Shown: positions 26,024 through 37,036, counted from the stretch's first letter. The stretch: 64,000 nt of DNA from Candidatus Merdivicinus excrementipullorum (GCA_018716725.1 DVJP01000030.1:17407-81406); one strand, 5' to 3'. Notes: generated from the letters alone by a model not told the origin. Translations and numbers: made by a program.

Positions 26024-26983
26024 CTACTGGGCGGTGTGTTCCGTGGGGGCCTCGGTGTTGCGGAGGATAAAGTCCAGAATCTCATAGGGCGCTTCCGAGG
26101 ATTGGGACAGGTTGTAGCCTTTGCAGATGATCCGGTGGTTCCAGACGTCCGGCGTCACCGCTTTTACATCGTCGGGCAGGACGTAATCCCGGCCGTCCAT
26201 GGCTGCATGGGCCTGGGACGCCCGCATCAAAGCCAAAGAACCACGGGGGCTGACCCCCAGCTTTACCTTTTCATGGGTGCGGGTGGCTTCGGCCAGCCTG
26301 ACGATATATCCGGCTACAGCGCCGCTGACGGTTACCTCCCGGACAGCCCGCTGCATTTCCACCACGGCTTCCCCGTCCAGAACAGGCTGAAGGCTGTCCA
26401 AGGGGCTGGTTTTCACATAGCCCGTCAGCATTTTCGCTTCGAAGTCCGCGCCGGGATAGCCCATTTTCAGCTTCAGGAAAAACCGGTCCAGCTGGGCTTC
26501 CGGCAGGGGGAAGGTGCCTTGGACCTCAATGGGGTTCTGGGTGGCGATGACCAAAAACGGGGAAGGGAGGATGTGGGTCACGCCGTCCACGGAAACCTGC
26601 CGTTCCTCCATGCACTCTAAAAGGCTGGACTGGGTCCGGGGGGTGGCCCGGTTGATTTCGTCCCCCAGGAGAATGTTGGTAAATACGGAGCCTTCCTTGA
26701 AAACAAATTCCCCTTCCTTCTGGTTGTAGAAATTGATGCCCGTCAGGTCAGAAGGCAGCAAATCCGGGGTAAACTGCACCCGCTTAAAGCCGCAGCGCAC
26801 GGATTTGGCCAGAGCCTTGGCCAGGGTGGTTTTGCCGGTGCCCGGCATGTCCTCCAATAAGACGTGTCCTCCGCACAGCAGGGAGAGGACCACTTTCCGG
26901 ATGATTTCTTCCTTGCCGAAAATGACAGAGGAAAGGTTTTGGCAAAGGGCGTTGGCTGAGGACTGAATCTGGGGAATGTTCAT
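26024..26983 (-). CDS. MoxR family AAA+ ATPase
   Basis: Walker A GTGKT and Walker B LLGDEINR. Length and motifs fit MoxR. Confidence 0.9.
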   Translation of the reverse strand: MNIPQIQSSANALCQNLSSVIFGKEEIIRKVVLSLLCGGHVLLEDMPGTGKTTLAKALAKSVRCGFKRVQFTPDLLPSDLTGINFYNQKEGEFVFKEGSVFTNILLGDEINRATPRTQSSLLECMEERQVSVDGVTHILPSPFLVIATQNPIEVQGTFPLPEAQLDRFFLKLKMGYPGADFEAKMLTGYVKTSPLDSLQPVLDGEAVVEMQRAVREVTVSGAVAGYIVRLAEATRTHEKVKLGVSPRGSLALMRASQAHAAMDGRDYVLPDDVKAVTPDVWNHRIICKGYNLSQSSEAPYEILDFILRNTEAPTEHTAQ

Positions 26984-27220
26984 AGGGGAATGCCTCCTAA
27001 TTTCTGATTTTTATAAAAATCGTATATTTGCTTCTATAATATCAGAATTTATGCAGAACAAAAAGTGAAATTTTGTGAATAAAACGATTTTTTTACATAA
27101 AAACAGAGGCTCCCGCTGGGGAGCCTCTCAGATTTTGCAGCAGATTCCGGGAAACCGGACTTTATGATTCCTTCGTACTTCCGATTTTCTCAATGCCGGG
27201 GATTCATTTGCCGCAGTTTA

Positions 27221-28012
27221 CTAGAAAATCCCTTCCGATTCCGCGGCTTCCAGTATTTTTGGGAACAGCGGGCCGCTGCCGGCGCAGATAGGGCAGGGCT
27301 TTTCATAGGAAAGCCCCATGCGGCCGGAAAAAATCTGCCCGCCGGCTTCCCGGAGGATGACGGAAGAAGCGGCATAATCCCAGGGGGAGAGCCGGGCTTC
27401 AAAAAAGCCGTCGAACCGCCCTGCCGCCACGTCGCAGAGGTCCAATGCCGCCGAACCGGACCGGCGGACGTCCCCGCACTGGGAAAACACCTTTTTCACT
27501 ACGGCGAAAGTGGGTTCCAAAAGTTCCCGGTAATAGGGGGAGCTGCCGAACACCAGCAGGGATTCGGCAAGGGGCGTGTCCGCCGCATGGATAGGCCGGC
27601 CGTTTAAAAAGGCCCCGCCCCCCTTTACTGCGGAAAACAGTTCTCCGGAGTCAAAATTCAAAACAACCCCCAGCAGCCCTTCCCCCCGGGAAACCAGGCC
27701 GATGGAAATGGCGGAACGGCGGCATCCCCGCATAAAATTGGCGGTGCCGTCAATGGGGTCGATGATAAAGCAAAGCCCCTCCGGCAGCTTTCCGCCTTCC
27801 CCTTCCTCCGCCAGAAATCCCGCTTCCGGCAGGATTTTGGCGAGTTCCTCCATTAAGAATTCCTGGGAAGCTAAATCGGCGGCGGTGACAAAATTGGCGT
27901 GGCCTTCCTTTGTGAATACCTCCGGCCGCTTTATGGCGCGGATCAGCTCCCCGTCCTTCCGGGCAATCTGCTCCACCTGAAGAGCCAGTTTTTGCAGGGG
28001 TGTTTTGTCCAT
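27221..28012 (-). CDS. suhB: inositol monophosphatase family protein
   Basis: DPIDGT and WDYAA motifs. Start taken at MDKTPLQK. Confidence 0.8.
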   Translation of the reverse strand: MDKTPLQKLALQVEQIARKDGELIRAIKRPEVFTKEGHANFVTAADLASQEFLMEELAKILPEAGFLAEEGEGGKLPEGLCFIIDPIDGTANFMRGCRRSAISIGLVSRGEGLLGVVLNFDSGELFSAVKGGGAFLNGRPIHAADTPLAESLLVFGSSPYYRELLEPTFAVVKKVFSQCGDVRRSGSAALDLCDVAAGRFDGFFEARLSPWDYAASSVILREAGGQIFSGRMGLSYEKPCPICAGSGPLFPKILEAAESEGIF

Positions 28013-28314
28013 AAAAAATCCCTCCTGATTTCCGGTGTCCCGCATCGGTTTTATAAAAATCCTGTTAAATTCAAAAAGATTCTATATAGAATTTATCATA
28101 TCCGAATTCTGCCTGCCTGTCAAGGGTCTCAAAAAACGGGGAAGTTTTTTGCATAATTTGGCTTGAAGAAACTGCCGGAACATGGTAAAATAGAAACGAT
28201 ATTTCAAAAAAATAGGCGCGGATTTTTGAATTATTGACGGAAGCTTTAAAAATCCGTCATATTTATATGCTTTAATCAAACTAAATACTGCGTAAATCGG
28301 GGAGGAAAGCCAAA

Positions 28315-29157
28315 ATGGCCAAAAAGAAAAAAAAGGACGCTTATATTGACCCGCAGCAAAGGGAACTGCGGGAGCTGATTGAGCTGAAAAAAATGCAGCA
28401 GGCAGCGGCGGAGCATCCGGAAGAGGTGCAGGCGGAATTTGAAAAAGAGGAGCCTATTGTCCCCAAAACCTTTAAAGAAAAATGGAAAAACTATTGGTAT
28501 CACTACAAAGGACTCACTTGGGGCGGTCTTGCAGGGGTAGTGCTGGTGGTTTGGCTCATTAAAGACATCTTTTTCGGCCCCGAATACGACCTGTCCGTTA
28601 CAACGGCTACAAAATACATGTTTTCAGCGCTGAACGACTCCATGTCGTCGGATTTGGCTTCCTATGCGGAGGATTACAACGGGGATGGAAAAACGGATGT
28701 GACTTATAATGAAATTACGATTTATCTGGATCCCGAAGCGGAAAATGTGGATGTCCAAATGAACGCTATCAATCTTCAAAAACTGATGGCCGTGTTTGCC
28801 GGCGGCGAGGATTTGCTTTTTGTTCTGGAACAGGAGAGCTACGACTATGTCTGCGGCGGGAAAGAGGGCATTTTTATAGATTTATCCGCCCTATATCCGG
28901 ATATTGACATTATCGAAGGGGATAAGCTGATTTTGAACGATACGGCGCTGGGGAAAAAGATGTACTTAAACGGCCTGGAAGAGGATGTATTCCTTTGCGT
29001 CCGGGATATGGGAGGCTCTGTCAAAGAGGACGATGAATCCCTGTCTACTATGGAAAGAAGCCTGGATTTTGTGGAAAATATCCTGCGGGAAGAATATCCT
29101 GACAAGTTCCCGGCGGAGGAAGCTCCGGCGGATAACAGTTCGGAGGAAGCCCGGTAA
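28315..29157 (+). CDS. single-pass membrane protein of unknown function
   Basis: Lys/Glu-rich N-terminus, one TM (LTWGGLAGVVLVVWLI), and an extracytoplasmic domain of about 190 aa. Confidence 0.6.
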   Translation: MAKKKKKDAYIDPQQRELRELIELKKMQQAAAEHPEEVQAEFEKEEPIVPKTFKEKWKNYWYHYKGLTWGGLAGVVLVVWLIKDIFFGPEYDLSVTTATKYMFSALNDSMSSDLASYAEDYNGDGKTDVTYNEITIYLDPEAENVDVQMNAINLQKLMAVFAGGEDLLFVLEQESYDYVCGGKEGIFIDLSALYPDIDIIEGDKLILNDTALGKKMYLNGLEEDVFLCVRDMGGSVKEDDESLSTMERSLDFVENILREEYPDKFPAEEAPADNSSEEAR

Positions 29158-29159
29158 AA

Positions 29160-29192
29160 AGAGCGCGCACCTTAAGGGTGCGCGCTTTGGCT
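29160..29192. terminator. bidirectional hairpin between convergent genes
   Basis: GCGCGCACC-ttaag-GGTGCGCGC. Confidence 0.6.
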
Positions 29193-29845
29193 TATGAAAG
29201 GATATAGGCTTCCAGCTGGCCGGCGTCGTCCGCAATGAAATCCGCCCCGGCTTCCGCAAGCTCCTGCCGTCCCCGGAATCCCCAGCTAACGCCGGCGCTG
29301 GCAACCCCGGCGTTTTTTGCCGTTTGGATATCCACGTTGGAATCTCCAATCAGCAGGGTTTCCTCCGGCGCGGCCTTCAGTTCATTGAGAATGGCCAAAA
29401 CGCCGTCCGGCGCGGGCTTTTTGGCGGCGCCGTCCCGCTGGCCCCATACTGCGGCGAAGAAGCCTTCCCCAAAAGCTTCTGCGCAGATTTTCTGAACAAA
29501 CTGGTTGGGCTTGTTGGACAGCACCGCCAACTGGACCCCTTTTTTCTTCAAATGGGCCAAAAGCTCCAAAATCCCGGGATAGGGCCGGGTCTTGTCCAGG
29601 TAATGGCCGTTGTAACGCTGGTCAAAAAGGGCCTTATAGCGGGCCGCTGTCTGCTGATCCCGCATGGATTCCGGCAGCATCCGTTCCGCCAGCTTATAGG
29701 CCCCGTCCCCAACAAAACGCCGGTAGGCGTCCACCGGATGGGTGGGGAGTCCGTTTTCCCTTAAAACCCAGTTGCAGGCGTCCGCCAAATCCTCTAAAGA
29801 ATTGATGAGCGTCCCGTCTAAATCAAAAATGCAGCATTGAAACAT
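29192..29845 (-). CDS. HAD-superfamily phosphatase (phosphoglycolate phosphatase-like)
   Basis: DLDGTL, SNKP and GDSNVD motifs. Start taken at MFQCCIFDLDG. Confidence 0.8.
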   Translation of the reverse strand: MFQCCIFDLDGTLINSLEDLADACNWVLRENGLPTHPVDAYRRFVGDGAYKLAERMLPESMRDQQTAARYKALFDQRYNGHYLDKTRPYPGILELLAHLKKKGVQLAVLSNKPNQFVQKICAEAFGEGFFAAVWGQRDGAAKKPAPDGVLAILNELKAAPEETLLIGDSNVDIQTAKNAGVASAGVSWGFRGRQELAEAGADFIADDAGQLEAYILS

Positions 29846-30045
29846 ATCGCACCGTCCTTCTTTTTCTCGTTCCCTTCCATCATACCACATTTTTGCAGCC
29901 GGTACAAGGCAGGGACCTAAAGTCCTTTTTAAGAGAAAGATACGAGGAATTGGCAAAAAGCAACCATCGGTTGCGGAAGTTTCAATAGCAGCTGATAGCG
30001 TGCAACTATGGATTGCGGTACAATATTTCTAAGGAGGTAAAGCAA

Positions 30046-30504
30046 ATGTTATCGGAAAGAATATATCAGTTCAGGCGCAAGAGCGGGCTTTCTCAAGAAC
30101 AGCTTGCGGAGAAGGTGGGTGTTTCCAGGCAGGCCATCTCTAAATGGGAGAGCGGAGCGTCAACGCCGGAATTGGAAAAACTGTTGGAGTTGAGTAAGTG
30201 CTTCAATATTACTCTTGATGAACTTGTGAAGGAAGAAACTGTCAACCGGGGCGCAAATGAAATACCGCAGAAAGCAGAACCTCCAAAACCTCCAAAAGTC
30301 ATCGAGCTGAAGGTGGGGATCGTACTTTGTTTGGCCGGCGCCATCTGTCTGATTCTGTTGGGAATCATGATAGTTTTCAGTCCAAGTGCAGCAGAACAGT
30401 TTCATGACGCTTCAATGATTACGCTGAACGGTTCCGGCGTAATACTCATCCTTTGTATCCTTTCGATGGTAATAGGTTTGATATTTATACTGCGGAAGAA
30501 ATGA
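30046..30504 (+). CDS. XRE-family HTH protein with a C-terminal two-TM anchor
   Basis: [26 protein letters not shown]. The ATG follows AAGGAGG, and the tail is hydrophobic. Confidence 0.75.
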   Translation: MLSERIYQFRRKSGLSQEQLAEKVGVSRQAISKWESGASTPELEKLLELSKCFNITLDELVKEETVNRGANEIPQKAEPPKPPKVIELKVGIVLCLAGAICLILLGIMIVFSPSAAEQFHDASMITLNGSGVILILCILSMVIGLIFILRKK

Positions 30505-30520
30505 TTTGGAGGTAAAGCAG

Positions 30521-30739
30521 ATGAAAAAGATAAGCTGTTTATTTGCCGCTCTCGCAATCCTGCTGTCTGATATCATGTGTGCAGTGGTTGCATATAACTA
30601 CTGTGCTTTGCAGTGGGGCGGGCAGTGTGCCGGGTATAGCGCGCCGTCCAGCATGGCGTTTTTATATTTCATCCCCTACGGAATCGGAATCGCATTCTGT
30701 GTTATTTTGGCACGATTCTTTTACCAAAAGCGGGGTTGA
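30521..30739 (+). CDS. small two-TM membrane protein
   Basis: Its RBS/spacer (GGAGGTAAAGCAGATG) matches that of the preceding gene. 72 aa, hydrophobic. Confidence 0.45.
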   Translation: MKKISCLFAALAILLSDIMCAVVAYNYCALQWGGQCAGYSAPSSMAFLYFIPYGIGIAFCVILARFFYQKRG

Positions 30740-30791
30740 CTTTCCCCTGAAAATGGCGCATAATAGAAAAAAAGCTCCGGGAGGGAATGTT

Positions 30792-31586
30792 ATGAAACGT
30801 ATCCGGCTGTTTGCCGCTGCCGCCCTGATTCTTTTGTGCGGCGCGGGCACCGGTTTTAGGCCTCAAAAAGATACCATCCGGGTGGCCACCTGGAATGTGG
30901 ATTCCGGCAGCGCCGACCTTTCCGATCAAAAGGAATTTTTAAGCGGGATTGACGCGGATATTATCGGATTGCAGGAAGCGGAGGAAAAGACTGCCCGGGT
31001 AAACGGCGTCAGCGTCTGTGATACGCTGGCGGAGGGGCTGTTCCGCTACGCTGAGTTTTTTGAATCCTTTCCCTGGATGGACGCTAACGGCCTTCAGAAA
31101 GGCAGCTATGGATTGGGGGTCCTGTCCAAGGGGGTGCTGCTCCAGGATGAGGTCTGGACCCTGCCTTCTGATGAGGAGCAGGATTTGGAGCCACGGATTC
31201 TGACCATGAACAAGGTTTCTTATCAGGGAAAATTCCTGTATTTTTACAACCTCCATCTGTCCTATGAGGACGATCAGGTCCGGGCGGAGCAGCTGGAGGC
31301 CGTCAATGAGATTCTGGCTGAAAACAGCGGGGAATACCAGATTGTGACGGGGGATTTTAACATCCGGGATTTGGCGGAATTGGACGCCCTGGAAGGCTTC
31401 CAGGCGGTGAACACTGAGGAGGCTCCTTTGGAAACCTATCACGGGGACGACTGGGACAGCAAGTGCCTGGACAATATTCTGTACAGCGGCAATCTGGAGT
31501 TGGTAGAAGCGGAGGTCTGCCCAACGGATACCTCCGACCACGACCTGCTTCTGGCGGAGTTCCGCTTTTTGAAGAAAGCGGAATAA
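30792..31586 (+). CDS. secreted endonuclease/exonuclease/phosphatase (EEP) family lipoprotein
   Basis: Signal peptide with LLCGAG, then VATWNV, GLQE, GDFN and SDHD EEP motifs. Confidence 0.75.
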   Translation: MKRIRLFAAAALILLCGAGTGFRPQKDTIRVATWNVDSGSADLSDQKEFLSGIDADIIGLQEAEEKTARVNGVSVCDTLAEGLFRYAEFFESFPWMDANGLQKGSYGLGVLSKGVLLQDEVWTLPSDEEQDLEPRILTMNKVSYQGKFLYFYNLHLSYEDDQVRAEQLEAVNEILAENSGEYQIVTGDFNIRDLAELDALEGFQAVNTEEAPLETYHGDDWDSKCLDNILYSGNLELVEAEVCPTDTSDHDLLLAEFRFLKKAE

Positions 31587-31701
31587 TTCCTCGGTTATTG
31601 CAGGTCCTGATTTTGTAAATTTTTTGCGGAAAACAGGGCGGGGAAAACCTCGCCCCTGCTTTCTTTTTTTGCCCAAATCCGTTATAATGGAAGAAAGGGG
31701 A

Positions 31702-32655
31702 ATGACGATGAATTTTCAAAAATCCAAAGCTTCTTTCCTCAGCGCAGACGGCGCGTCTCAAATTGCCTGCTATTTTTATGAGCCGCCGGCGGAACCTATA
31801 GGCGTGCTCCAAATCTCCCACGGCATGTGCGAATACATGGAACGGTACGAGGAGTTCGCGGATTTTCTCTGCGGGAAGGGCTTTGCCGTCTGCGGCCACG
31901 ACCACCTGGGACACGGGGCTTCCGCCCAAAATCCGGATGGTTTGGGGTATTTTGCCAAAAAGGACGGGGCGGCTTTCCTGCCGGAGGACGTCCGCCGCCT
32001 GACGCAAATGGCCAAAAAACGCTGGCCGGGCAAGCCGTACTTTCTGCTGGGCCACAGCATGGGCTCCTTTATCGCCCGGCAGTACCTCACTTTGTATGGA
32101 ACCGAATTGGACGGGGCCGTTATCTGCGGCACGGCGGGACCGAACCCGGCGGCAGGGGCCGGGAAAGCCCTGGCCTCCCTCCTTTGCGCGGTTGGTCTGG
32201 AAAAACACCGCAGCATCTTCTTAAACAGCCTGGCCTTTGGCAGCTACAACCGCCGGTTCGACGCCCCCAAAAGCAAATACGCCTGGCTCAGCCGGGAGGA
32301 CTCCATTGTCCGGAAATATGAACAGGATCCCTTGTGCAATTATACCTTTACCGCCGCCGGGTTCCGGGATTTGTTTGCCCTGCTGATCCGGGTGTCCGCA
32401 CCGGAATGGGCGGAGAAAGTCCCCAAAAACCTGCCGGTTTTCCTGATTTCCGGGGAGGACGACCCGGTGGGGGACTACGGCAAAGGGGTGCGGAAGGTGG
32501 AAGCCATGCTCCGGAAGGCGGGAATCCGGGACCTTTCCTGCCGCCTTTACCCCGGCGGGCGGCATGAAATCCTCAATGAGACAAACCGCAGGGAGGTTTA
32601 TGAGGATGTGTGGGAATGGCTGCGGGAGCGCTTAGTTTCCATGGACAAAAGGTAA
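31702..32655 (+). CDS. alpha/beta hydrolase (lysophospholipase/monoacylglycerol lipase-like)
   Basis: HGMCE, GHSMGS nucleophile elbow and a C-terminal GGRHE motif. Confidence 0.8.
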   Translation: MTMNFQKSKASFLSADGASQIACYFYEPPAEPIGVLQISHGMCEYMERYEEFADFLCGKGFAVCGHDHLGHGASAQNPDGLGYFAKKDGAAFLPEDVRRLTQMAKKRWPGKPYFLLGHSMGSFIARQYLTLYGTELDGAVICGTAGPNPAAGAGKALASLLCAVGLEKHRSIFLNSLAFGSYNRRFDAPKSKYAWLSREDSIVRKYEQDPLCNYTFTAAGFRDLFALLIRVSAPEWAEKVPKNLPVFLISGEDDPVGDYGKGVRKVEAMLRKAGIRDLSCRLYPGGRHEILNETNRREVYEDVWEWLRERLVSMDKR

Positions 32656-32750
32656 ACTTGTCTTTTTGCGAAAAACACCGTTCTTTTCCTTGTGTACAAA
32701 ATCCCTAAAAAGCCGGGAGAAATCCCGGGAAATCTCGTAACGGCATGACC

Positions 32751-32779
32751 TTGCAAAATTTGCAAAAATTCGGTATACT
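32751..32779 (+). promoter_or_regulatory. sigma-70-type promoter upstream of glyA
   Basis: TTGCAA, 17-nt spacer, TATACT. Confidence 0.55.
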
Positions 32780-32830
32780 AAAAAACAAGATTTGTTGCAT
32801 TTTGAATAATGACAGAAAGAAGGGTTCCTC

Positions 32831-34081
32831 ATGTACGAAAATTTAATGGACACCATCGGCTTTGTGGGACAGTATGACCCGGAAGTAGCGGAAGCTATGG
32901 GACTGGAACTGAAGCGCCAGCGCCGGAATATTGAGCTGATTGCCAGCGAGAATATCGTTTCCCCGGCGGTTATGGCGGCCATGGGCAGCGTCCTCACCAA
33001 TAAATACGCGGAAGGGTATCCCGGCAAGCGGTACTACGGCGGCTGCGAGGATGTGGACATTGTGGAGGAAATCGCCCGGAAACGGGCCTGCCAGCTCTTC
33101 GGCGCGGAGCATGCCAACGTCCAGCCCCATTCCGGCGCACAGGCCAACCTGGCGGTGTATTTCGCCCTGTTAAAGCCCGGCGACACGGTTTTGGGCATGA
33201 ACCTGGCCCACGGCGGCCACCTGACCCATGGTTCCCCGGTGAACCTGTCCGGCAGCTATTATAATTTCGTGCCCTACGGCATTAACGATGAGGGCTTTCT
33301 CGATTACGACGCGCTGATGAAGCAGGCCATGGAAGTGAAGCCCAAGCTGATTGTGGCAGGCGCTTCCGCTTACCCCCGGGCCATCGATTTCGCGAAGCTC
33401 CGGGAAATTGCCGACGCCTGCGGGGCTTACCTGATGGTGGATATGGCCCATATTGCCGGCCTGGTGGCGGGCGGCCAGCACATGAACCCGGTGCCCTATG
33501 CCGACGTGGTGACCACCACCACCCACAAGACCCTGCGTGGCCCCCGGGGCGGCATGATCCTCTGCAAGGAGGAGCTGGCCAAAGTCATCGACAAGGCCAT
33601 TTTCCCCGGCACCCAGGGCGGCCCGCTGATGCATATTATCGCGGCTAAGGCCGTCTGCTTCGGCGAGGCTTTGAAGCCCGAATTTAAAGACTACGCCAAA
33701 CGGATTGTGGACAACGCCCAGGCGTTGGCGGCGGGCCTTACCAAACGGGGCTTCCAACTGGTTTCCGGCGGCACCGACAACCACTTGATGCTGGTGGATC
33801 TCCGCGGCTTCGACATCACCGGCAAGGACTTTGAGAAAAAGCTGGATGAGGTGTACATCACCGTCAACAAAAACGCCATCCCCAACGACCCCCAAAGCCC
33901 CTTTATCACCAGCGGCATCCGGGTGGGCACCCCGGCCGTCACCACCAGGGGCTTTGACACGGAGGATATGGACGTGATCGCCGAGTGCATGTACCGCACC
34001 GCCTCCGATTTTGAGGGGACTCAAAATGAGGTTCGCGGCATGGTGGAGGGTCTCTGCGCCAAACACCCCCTGTACGAATAA
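32831..34081 (+). CDS. glyA: serine hydroxymethyltransferase
   Basis: Full-length SHMT with the [17 protein letters not shown] motif. Confidence 0.95.
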   Translation: MYENLMDTIGFVGQYDPEVAEAMGLELKRQRRNIELIASENIVSPAVMAAMGSVLTNKYAEGYPGKRYYGGCEDVDIVEEIARKRACQLFGAEHANVQPHSGAQANLAVYFALLKPGDTVLGMNLAHGGHLTHGSPVNLSGSYYNFVPYGINDEGFLDYDALMKQAMEVKPKLIVAGASAYPRAIDFAKLREIADACGAYLMVDMAHIAGLVAGGQHMNPVPYADVVTTTTHKTLRGPRGGMILCKEELAKVIDKAIFPGTQGGPLMHIIAAKAVCFGEALKPEFKDYAKRIVDNAQALAAGLTKRGFQLVSGGTDNHLMLVDLRGFDITGKDFEKKLDEVYITVNKNAIPNDPQSPFITSGIRVGTPAVTTRGFDTEDMDVIAECMYRTASDFEGTQNEVRGMVEGLCAKHPLYE

Positions 34082-34150
34082 CAAAATATGCGAAAATCCG
34101 TTTCTTTTGCTACTATATCTGGTGGAATCTGTAAAATTGAAGAAACCCTC

Positions 34151-34179
34151 TTGACAAATCCATACCTGTCTGGTATACT
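34151..34179 (+). promoter_or_regulatory. strong sigma-70-type promoter for the pflB leader
   Basis: TTGACA, 17-nt spacer, TATACT. Confidence 0.7.
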
Positions 34180-34189
34180 GCAAGTGTAG

Positions 34190-34270
34190 TCTTCCGTGCG
34201 ACTGACGGGTTTGTGGAGTCCACCACATGGGAACACGGAAATGTAGATTTTTGCCGACCGTCTGGGCAGC
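34190..34270 (+). promoter_or_regulatory. ZTP (pfl-motif) riboswitch aptamer
   Basis: P1 is TTCCGTG/CACGGAA. The CGACTGACGG core, the GTGGAGTCCAC hairpin and the 3' CCGACCGTCTGGGCA sub-domain are present. The pseudoknot GACGG:CCGTC carries a compensated G-C to A-U change relative to the consensus as I recall it. Confidence 0.75.
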
Positions 34271-34299
34271 CTTGGAAGCAGGGCTGCCCTTTTTGTTTT
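34264..34299 (+). terminator. riboswitch expression-platform terminator
   Basis: GGGCAGCC/GGCTGCCC stem followed by TTTTTGTTTT. The 5' arm overlaps the conserved CUGGGCA. Confidence 0.7.
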
Positions 34300-34339
34300 G
34301 CAAAGGGCAGCCCCCGGGATTCAGAAAGGATGGTTTGTC

Positions 34340-36571
34340 ATGAATTTTGAGCAGTGGAACGGGTTTCAGAGCGGCAATTGGCAGGACGCTGTGGACGTCC
34401 GGGATTTTATTCAGAAAAACTACACCCCCTACGACGGGGACGGCTCCTTCCTGGCGGGAGCCACGGAGCGGACGGAACGGTTAATGACCAAGCTCCGGCG
34501 TTTGCAGCAGCTGGAAAAGGAATTCGGCGGCGTTTTGGACATTGACACCGAAACCGTTTCCTCCCTGACCAGCTACGCCCCCGGCTACTTAGACAAGGAC
34601 GACGAGATCATCGTGGGCTTGCAGACCCGGCGGCCTTTGCAGCGGGGGGTCAACCCCTTCGGCGGCATCCGCATGGCCCGGGCCGCCTGCGAGGCCTACG
34701 GCTACCACCTTTCCGACAAGATCGAACAGGAATTCCAGTACCGCACCACCCACAACGACGGCGTTTTCCGGGTTTACACCGATGAAATGCGCAAAGCCCG
34801 CCATATGGGGATCCTCACCGGCCTGCCGGACGCTTACGGCCGGGGCCGCATTATCGGCGACTACCGCCGGGTGGCCCTGTACGGCGTGGATGTGCTCATT
34901 GCCGAAAAGAAAAAGGACAAAGCCAAAATCGGGGAAGGGGTCATGGATACCGACACCATCCGCCTGTCCGAGGAATTGTTCCAGCAGATTAACTTCCTGG
35001 GCAAATTAAAGGAAATGGCCGCCATGTACGGCTGCGATATTTCAAAGCCCGCTTCTAACGCCAGAGAAGCCGTCCAGTGGCTGTACTTCGCCTACCTGGC
35101 CGCCAATAAGGAGCAGAACGGCGCGGCCATGTCCTTAGGGCGCACCAGCACCTTCCTTGACATTTTCATCCAGCGGGATATGGAGCGGGGGCTTCTCACC
35201 GAGGAAGGCGCCCAGGAACTGATGGACCAGTTTGTCATGAAGCTGCGGATGGCCCGTCACCTGCGGACCCCGGAATATAACGAGCTCTTCGGCGGCGACC
35301 CCATGTGGATCACTGAAAGCGTCGGCGGCGTCGGCGAGGACGGCCGCTCCATGGTCACCAAAAACTCCTTCCGGATCCTCAACACCCTTTACAACTTGGG
35401 GCCTGCGCCGGAGCCGAACCTGACCATCCTCTGGTCGGAAAAGCTGCCCAAGCCCTTTAAGGATTTCTGCGCGAAACTCTCCATTGACACCGACTCCATC
35501 CAGTACGAAAACGACGACCTGATGCGCCCCACCTACGGGGACGACTACGGCATCGCCTGCTGCGTTTCCGCCATGAAGATCGGCAAGCAGATGCAGTTCT
35601 TCGGGGCCCGGTGCAACCTGCCCAAACTCCTGCTTTTGGCCTTAAACGGCGGCCACGACCAGCTTTCCGGCACCGAAGTCGGCCCTCAGATGGAGGTTTA
35701 CCCCGACGAGTACCTGGATTACGATAAGGTTATGGAGCGTTTGGAAACCTACCGGGCGTGGCTGTGCAAGCTCTACGTCAACACCATGAACGTCATCCAT
35801 TATATGCATGACAAATACGCCTACGAAAAAATCCAGATGGCTCTCCACGACACCGACGTCCACCGGTTCATGGCCTTTGGCGTGGCTGGCCTTTCCGTCA
35901 TCGCCGACTCCTTAAGCGCCATCAAGTACGCCAAGGTGAAGGCCATCAAGGACGAGGACGGCTATATCTGCGATTTTGAAACCACCGGAGATTTCCCCAA
36001 ATACGGCAACGACGACGACCGGGTGGACAGCATCGCCAAGGAAATGCTGGAAAAGGTTTCCGCCGAGCTGAAAAAGAACCCAACCTACCGGAACGCCGAG
36101 CACACCCTTTCGGTGCTGACCATCACCTCCAACGTGGTGTACGGCAAAAAGACCGGCTCCACCCCCGACGGCCGCAAGAAGGGCGAACCCTTCGCCCCCG
36201 GCGCAAACCCCATGCACAACCGGGAAACTAACGGCGCGCTGGCTTCTTTAAACTCTGTGGCCAAAATGCCCTACGACAAGTGCCGGGACGGCATTTCCAA
36301 CACCTTCTCCATTACCCCGGATGCTCTGGGCCGGGCCGATTCCGACCGGGTGGACAACCTGGTGCTGGTGCTGGACGGCTACTTTAAGCAGATGGCCCAT
36401 CACTTGAACGTCAACGTTATGAACCGCCAGCAGCTGATTGACGCCTACAATGAGCCGGAGAAATACCCGAACCTGACCATCCGGGTGTCCGGCTATGCCG
36501 TCAACTTCTGCAAACTCTCTCGGGAGCAGCAGAAAGAGGTCATTTCCCGCACTTTCCACGAATCCATGTAA
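34340..36571 (+). CDS. pflB: formate C-acetyltransferase (pyruvate formate-lyase)
   Basis: Active-site CCVS and the C-terminal glycyl-radical motif RVSGYAV. Confidence 0.95.
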   Translation: MNFEQWNGFQSGNWQDAVDVRDFIQKNYTPYDGDGSFLAGATERTERLMTKLRRLQQLEKEFGGVLDIDTETVSSLTSYAPGYLDKDDEIIVGLQTRRPLQRGVNPFGGIRMARAACEAYGYHLSDKIEQEFQYRTTHNDGVFRVYTDEMRKARHMGILTGLPDAYGRGRIIGDYRRVALYGVDVLIAEKKKDKAKIGEGVMDTDTIRLSEELFQQINFLGKLKEMAAMYGCDISKPASNAREAVQWLYFAYLAANKEQNGAAMSLGRTSTFLDIFIQRDMERGLLTEEGAQELMDQFVMKLRMARHLRTPEYNELFGGDPMWITESVGGVGEDGRSMVTKNSFRILNTLYNLGPAPEPNLTILWSEKLPKPFKDFCAKLSIDTDSIQYENDDLMRPTYGDDYGIACCVSAMKIGKQMQFFGARCNLPKLLLLALNGGHDQLSGTEVGPQMEVYPDEYLDYDKVMERLETYRAWLCKLYVNTMNVIHYMHDKYAYEKIQMALHDTDVHRFMAFGVAGLSVIADSLSAIKYAKVKAIKDEDGYICDFETTGDFPKYGNDDDRVDSIAKEMLEKVSAELKKNPTYRNAEHTLSVLTITSNVVYGKKTGSTPDGRKKGEPFAPGANPMHNRETNGALASLNSVAKMPYDKCRDGISNTFSITPDALGRADSDRVDNLVLVLDGYFKQMAHHLNVNVMNRQQLIDAYNEPEKYPNLTIRVSGYAVNFCKLSREQQKEVISRTFHESM

Positions 36572-36576
36572 TGGCG

Positions 36577-37036
36577 AGCGGATGTAGAAATCCGCCTCTA
36601 CAAATTGAAATGTAACGAGAGAGAAATATGAAAAGTTTTACTCGATTTTTTTCAAAAAATCGCAAGGGTGAAGGGGACAGAGTCCCATTCTCGCACTCCG
36701 CAGAGTGCGAAATCTCCTATGATACAAAAGATCAGGAGGGGAGGCCAAATAGTCCAGTGGACTGTTTGGCCGTGGGGAACCCTATCAAGGGGTTCCCCAA
36801 AATAAATCGGCAAATCTACCGTGCAAAACAATTCACTGGATTGTTTTGCAGAGAATACTCCGGATACGGTCGGACGGCTTACGCCGTTTGACAAATCCCA
36901 GGCGTGGATTTTTCAAACTTTTTTCTGCGCTTTTTATCTTGGAGATTTCGTTTTCTGCGGAAAACGACCGAGGGCGCTGCCCTCTGGACACCCGCCACCT
37001 TTTGAAAAAGGTGGACGAAAACTTTTGATTTTTCTC
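36577..37036 (+). repeat. hairpin-mosaic intergenic element, copy B (begins with an inverted REP-like unit)
   Basis: 36631-36715 is homologous to copy A, and 36818-37036 is homologous to 57412-57627. Many perfect hairpins. Confidence 0.8.
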
